This document shows, piece after piece, positions 61,390 through 64,000 of a stretch of 64,000 nucleotides of DNA; within the stretch, counting starts at the first letter, position 1; every line of letters begins with the position of its first letter. This DNA is from Carcharhinus longimanus (taxonomy: Eukaryota). The notes under the pieces are model-generated. The model searched no databases. It saw only the letters and a list, made by a program, of their open reading frames with translations, and was not told the DNA's origin. The position numbers and the translations under genes are program-made. Location of the stretch: contig JASCQW010000001.1 of the NCBI GenBank assembly GCA_030264375.1, positions 91,411,853 through 91,475,852 on the forward strand, given 5' to 3'.

Positions 61390-62780
61390 TCTTAAGGTAT
61401 TTATAGCCTTAGGTAGTTCAACAATAAGTATTTACTAACCGCCGGAGACTATACCCATAGGTACGTTAAAGATCCAAGCTAAAAAATGTCTCCATGCTTG
61501 ATTCTACATATGGCTGTATCCAACATTACACTGACCTTTAGATGATCTCCTACATTACAGTGTGGAGGCCCTATACTTTATTGTTATGTATTAGTCTTTA
61601 TTCAACATGTTTACAGGTTATCCCAGTTACCCTAATGCATATATATCATTACCCCATCTCCCCACATCAAGTCTCTGTGTACATATGTTCAGGAGGGCTT
61701 ATAACCCTTCCATATCTTGTTCTCACTACTGTCAGAGGAGTGGTAGGCTCTGTTGCTAAGTTTTGTTGAATTGGATGTTTTTCTGGCATCAGGATGTCTT
61801 TTCATCCTCTTTTTCCATTCTTTGTTAATGAATCGCTCTTTGTCGATACCCCAATGGTAGAGAAGGAATTCACAAGAGAAAAGCTCCAAAGAAAGACTGG
61901 GAAGCTGAAGACTGAAATTAAATTCCTTATTGCAGCAAGAATGGTGATTGGTTAATCCTACTCTTAACAAGGGGGGCAGAGTCAGCCTCATCGCTAGAGA
62001 GTTTTTTTTTCCCTCATGTTACTCGCTGTGACATACCTGGGATGGAAAATAGCTCTTTCTGTTTGGAGGGTGCGATTTGATAGTAAGCTCACTTTTGCAT
62101 TTGGCTGTGTGGTGTCCTGTCAGCAATGGGGACTGCCCTCTATTCCAGCATCGTTATGGCACTGACATGTAGGCTAAGGATTGTAGCGTTTGCCCTGTTT
62201 GCCTTAGCATTTAATTTTTTTTAGGATTCTGCCTGTATTGACTGGTTATAATCTTTCCCATTTTCATGCAATTTTCTCAGGTTTTGGAAACAGCATGGTG
62301 CCTTCTGCTGCAGTGAAGAATTTAATTTGAGTCTTCAGCTTCCCAGTCTTTCTTTGGAGCTTTTCTTTTGTGAGTTCCTTCTACATCTTTGCTTCTTGAG
62401 GTTTTCTTCAGGTCAGGATGCTTTTTTGATGTTTTTTCCCTTTGCCAGGATTTTTATATACTCCTGCAGATTCTACGAGGTGTGAATTGTTCCATTCATT
62501 GCCATCATATTGTATGGTGTTAGCTATTGGTCAACACCAGCTGTTGGTCTAAGCAAGGTATTTGTAGTCTGAGGTAGTTGAGCAATAAGTATTTTTTAAC
62601 AACCAGAAACTATATAAATTGGTACAGTTAAGGTCCAAGCTAGGAACTGTCGTAAGCTTGTTTCTGCTCACAGTTATATCCAATATTGCACTGATCCTAA
62701 AGTATGGGTCATGTGTTTACATACATGACTGTGTGGAGGTCCTGTACTCCATCCAACATTAACTCTTTATATTCCAGGCT
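61390..62780. repeat. Old element bounded by diverged ~220-bp direct repeats (about 61390-61610 and 62555-62780)
   Basis: Shared ordered blocks aaggtattt.tag.ct.aggtagtt, caataagtattt, tccaagcta, gcttg.ttct, tatccaa.att.cactga.c, gtgtggagg. Confidence 0.7.
61861..62382. repeat. 77-bp inverted repeat (61861-61937 / 62306-62382)
   Basis: Manual alignment: 71 of 77 positions complementary, including a 37-bp perfect run. Confidence 0.9.
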
Positions 62781-64000
62781 TTTATACAATAAAATCGTGG
62801 GTGAGCTGAATGCACTATAGCACTTTCCCCGGTATAGGTTTATAGGTTTCAGGGCTCTTGAAATATGGTGGAGGCATATAATGCAGCATCTCCCTCTTAT
62901 AGGGTTGCACTATGGTAGTATTGTTTGGCATCCCTCTATTAACAAGCCACCTTGACCCTCTTTAAACAAGAATGAATTTATGGATAGTCTGAAAATAGAG
63001 TTATTGCTCAAGCTGCAGTTCTGGTATTCATCTGCATAATCCTATGGTGGTGATCAAACACTATCTGAAATCCCTGGGTGAATACATTTTTTTTTATTCA
63101 TGCAGGATCACGTTAGATAAAAAGGTTTGGAGAGGTGCAGGGAATCTACTTTCTGCTGCTTCATATCAGCCGAGAAGCTGGTGAACTGATTTTCTCTTGC
63201 AGTTAAAGGTTCTGTCATGTATGGATGCATGGCCGAACTATTAATTGGCTTATGGCCCAGGGGCTCTGAAGTCTTCCAGTGGTGTTGGAATTGACCATTA
63301 AGTTCATCTTTATTGGCACAAGAGTAGATTGGAAGCACAAAGTAAAAGTTTTCCAGCAAGTGAAACAGCTCTCATGCTGCCCCTACTGAACCAGAACTCT
63401 GGAATTCCAGAAATGTTCCGCCAATATATTTTAGAGCATTGATTTCCAGTTTTTATCCAGTTAGCATCACTCTTTTTACCATGTTTTCTCTCCTTTCTAA
63501 CAGTGGGTGTTTTTGTCCACAGATGAAGTTTTTCTCCTGGGGAAAGGAGAATGGCAGCTGTGTGCTCAAGGACCTGAACTGACTCCTCAATCTTTGTGAG
63601 TTTGTACATTAAATGGGCCAACGTTAGGCAGCAGCTCATTTATTGTGGCACAGCTTGGCCTTGCCTGCTTTCAGCTGCTGGTGGCATAGTGACTGATACC
63701 TCTTGAAATGGAGCCATCTGGATGAAAAGCATGAATATTCCAGTCTTCCGCTTCTCCCAACACCACAGCCATTTCGTACATAGAGCTCAATGTTTGATAG
63801 GTAAAACATTGACCAAGGTGATCACTATTTGCCTCAAGATTTGAGCAATGTTTTCAGTATGCCTATCTATTTAGACAGCTACAGTGCAGTTGGGGCAGAG
63901 GTAGGTGAGGGGAGAGATTTATATTGCAGCTGTACCTGCACTCATGAGAGAAAATAAGATTGTCAAAACAGATTCAGTGATGAGGGGATGTATTTCAGGT

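Noticed and set aside
63100-64000. Possible next gene at the window end
   Set aside because: No convincing exon; looks like decayed retroelement sequence on the minus strand

Overview
This is AT-rich, repeat-dense vertebrate genomic DNA with 14 N-gaps. The repeat families (HE1-type V-SINEs, DeuSINE, CR1, Rex1/Babar) point to a cartilaginous fish, probably a shark (inference). The only host gene is the 3' half of PPARGC1A (PGC-1alpha) on the + strand. Exons equivalent to human 8, 9, 10, 11 and 13 are present with canonical GT-AG sites, followed by a ~2 kb 3'UTR ending at a poly(A) signal at 37822. The exon-12 equivalent (second half of the RRM) cannot be found. A strong acceptor followed by AG|GT at 35128-35131 would give a 2-nt frame-restoring remnant. 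The rest is transposon-derived: CR1, Rex1/Babar and L2-like LINEs, tRNA-derived SINEs, a Harbinger transposase fossil with related MITEs, and Penelope-like repeats carrying minimal hammerhead ribozyme motifs. Other oddities are a 330-bp array of PBX/MEIS-type TGATTGACAG decamers and a 77-bp inverted repeat nested in old direct repeats. Most ORF-track entries are spurious or retroelement fragments. Repeat boundaries are approximate, and comparisons with human sequence are from memory, not from alignments.
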